DNA of 63,028 nucleotides, counting the filler, from Diploschistes diacapsis (taxonomy: Eukaryota): the NCBI GenBank assembly GCA_023645945.1. It is 18 parts of 18 records of this genome, joined end to end, with 100 filler letters (N's around TTAATTAATTAA, not from the genome) between each part and the next. Parts side by side here need not be neighbours in the genome. Positions count along the whole stretch, not along the records: positions 60,387 to 61,657 come from JALAIB010003435.1; positions 61,758 to 63,028 come from JALAIB010003436.1; 16 more parts are not named here. One strand, written 5' to 3'. Position numbers and translations under genes: made by a program. Of the stretch, positions 61,332 to 63,028 are shown piece by piece (positions within the stretch are counted from its first letter, which is position 1; each line of letters opens with the position of its first letter). A model generated the notes under the pieces. That model saw nothing but the letters and a program-made list of their open reading frames with translations, was not told where the DNA came from and did no database searches.

Positions 61332-62695
61332 ATTTTAGTTTCGAGGTTAATTATTATTAAACGAATTTTCTTAAATTCTGGAAATTTAACGTAAGTAATT
61401 ATATTAAACCTAACTTTTAAAGATAGGCGGTCTATCGGTGTGAAAAATATCGACGATTTTTAAAGTTTTTTAAACTTTATAGATTTAAGATATTGATTTT
61501 ATTTACGTCGGTAATAAATGTTTGATTATCCGCGGTTAGGTCGAGGTAATTCGGGATAATATATCATTTTTTATTATATTTGATATAGATTACCGTTATA
61601 GATCTTTTCGATTTGTTGTATTTTCTTTATTTTTTCGGATTCATTACGGTTATAAATNNNNNNNNNNNNNNNNNNNNNNNNNNNNNNNNNNNNNNNNNNN
61701 NTTAATTAATTAANNNNNNNNNNNNNNNNNNNNNNNNNNNNNNNNNNNNNNNNNNNNATATTCTCGACGGTAGCCGCGAGTTCTTCGGTTAATTTAGTTA
61801 AAGCTTCTTTATTATAATATCTATTTATAATATAAACTTCTTCGGTTAGAATCGAATAACCCTTAATAAACTTAGGCCAAGATTTAAGTTTGTTGATCTT
61901 GCATACTTTGTATGCCTTCTTCGACCTTTTGGCTCTGACAGAGTCTGTCATAACCTCATCCTAATTAAGGCCGCCTCGTCCTCTATATCCTCGGATTGAC
62001 TCCGCAATCCTATCTTATTTTGCTAGAGTCTATTAGCCCCTACCATAATATTCTTTAATTATGAAACTTACGAAGTCATCGTCGGGTCCGTCAAGATTAA
62101 TTATAGAAGAAAAAGCCATCTTAAGTTTATTAAATATTATTAAATTTAAATATTATAACTCCTAAAAAAGAACTGAGGAGTTAAAAACTTATTAATAATA
62201 TTATTTATAATATTAAAACGTTTTAAGTAAAGCTAATAACCTATAAGAACAAAGAAAGAAAAAATTAGCTAATTTTATTAGAGCTAAATAAACTAGCACG
62301 ATGCATTTACGAGAGAAGAGAGTTGATTAAAAAAAAGTTTTTTATGAGTATAAAAAGCAATTAATAAGCGAGTCGCTCATATCCTAGTAGGGGAAGATGT
62401 GGTTTCATTACGGAGTTAAGCTCTAAATCCGAAAAGACTTGGTAGAATACTTTTTATTTATAAATCTGTAGCTAGACAATTTGAACACACTATGCAATCG
62501 AATCACAGTTGGCTATATACAAGGATTGGTTGGGAAGTGCCCGACTAGCTGTGACGTGCCAGGTGACTGCCTAGTACCCTGGATCGTAACACAGGATTAC
62601 ATTAAGATAAAAAGATAACGGGATTGAGATTTCTTGCTGATAAGGCTTGCGTAAACTTCGCTATAGGGCAGCGAACTATTGAAAAGAGGGTCGTA

Positions 62696-62932
62696 TATAA
62701 ACATAAAAATAGGCGGTAGACTTAATAGGGGTAGTTCCTTCAGGGCAGCTCCATTTAAGAAGGCTTATTAAGTAATTCTAAACAATTCATGCATCCTACA
62801 CTTCACCAATTCTTTATCTAGCTATACTCTTGACCACGAGAACACACTACACTCCTTTACTACATCACCTACGACCACCTACCTACTACAGCAAGGGAAG
62901 TCTCCCTAGACAACGTGCCTTGTGTTTATAAT
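62696..62932 (+). mobile_element. LTR family D copy downstream of a family G LTR end
   Basis: Starts TATAAACATAAAAATAGGCGG (RIP-mutated TGTAAACA) and is the reverse complement of 55290-55533. Confidence 0.7.
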
Positions 62933-63028
62933 ACTATTTATCGATATTAATATATCCGACTATTATACCTAGCTCTCATCTTATTTATTAATTTATTTTA
63001 TCGTCTAGATAACGACTTCGGATTTACG

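Overview
Eukaryotic DNA from a filamentous ascomycete (Pezizomycotina-type genes, short GT-AG introns, CTRAY branch points). The window is a pseudomolecule: contigs are joined by N~50-TTAATTAATTAA-N~50 linkers, so adjacency across gaps is not biological. Contig 1 (1-20486) carries SKP1, RPL39 (missed by the ORF track), a conserved membrane hypothetical, the pheromone receptor STE3, an ALR1-type Mg2+ transporter, AVT1, eRF1/SUP45 (11 CDS introns), BMT2 and RPL25. Contig 2 (32964-53428) carries a putative PD-(D/E)XK-like protein, YME2, an orphan internal-repeat protein, an F-box-like protein and RPC2/RET1. The remainder is ~1.27-kb contigs of RIP-mutated, nested transposons (pogo/Fot1, hAT and Tc1 MITEs, gypsy and copia). 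The best candidate system is post-transcriptional control of eRF1: a leaky UGA-C stop, a 3' hairpin, a 56-codon open extension and a 3'UTR intron placed for readthrough/NMD feedback. That logic is already reported in plants and Neurospora, so it is not new in principle. Other notable signals are long intronic hairpins that close at the branch point in translation genes, a shared AGCCCTAC promoter motif, an alpha1-Mcm1-like element upstream of STE3, a self-priming LTR and RIP-spared element termini. All calls were made by eye; no database search or folding program was run.
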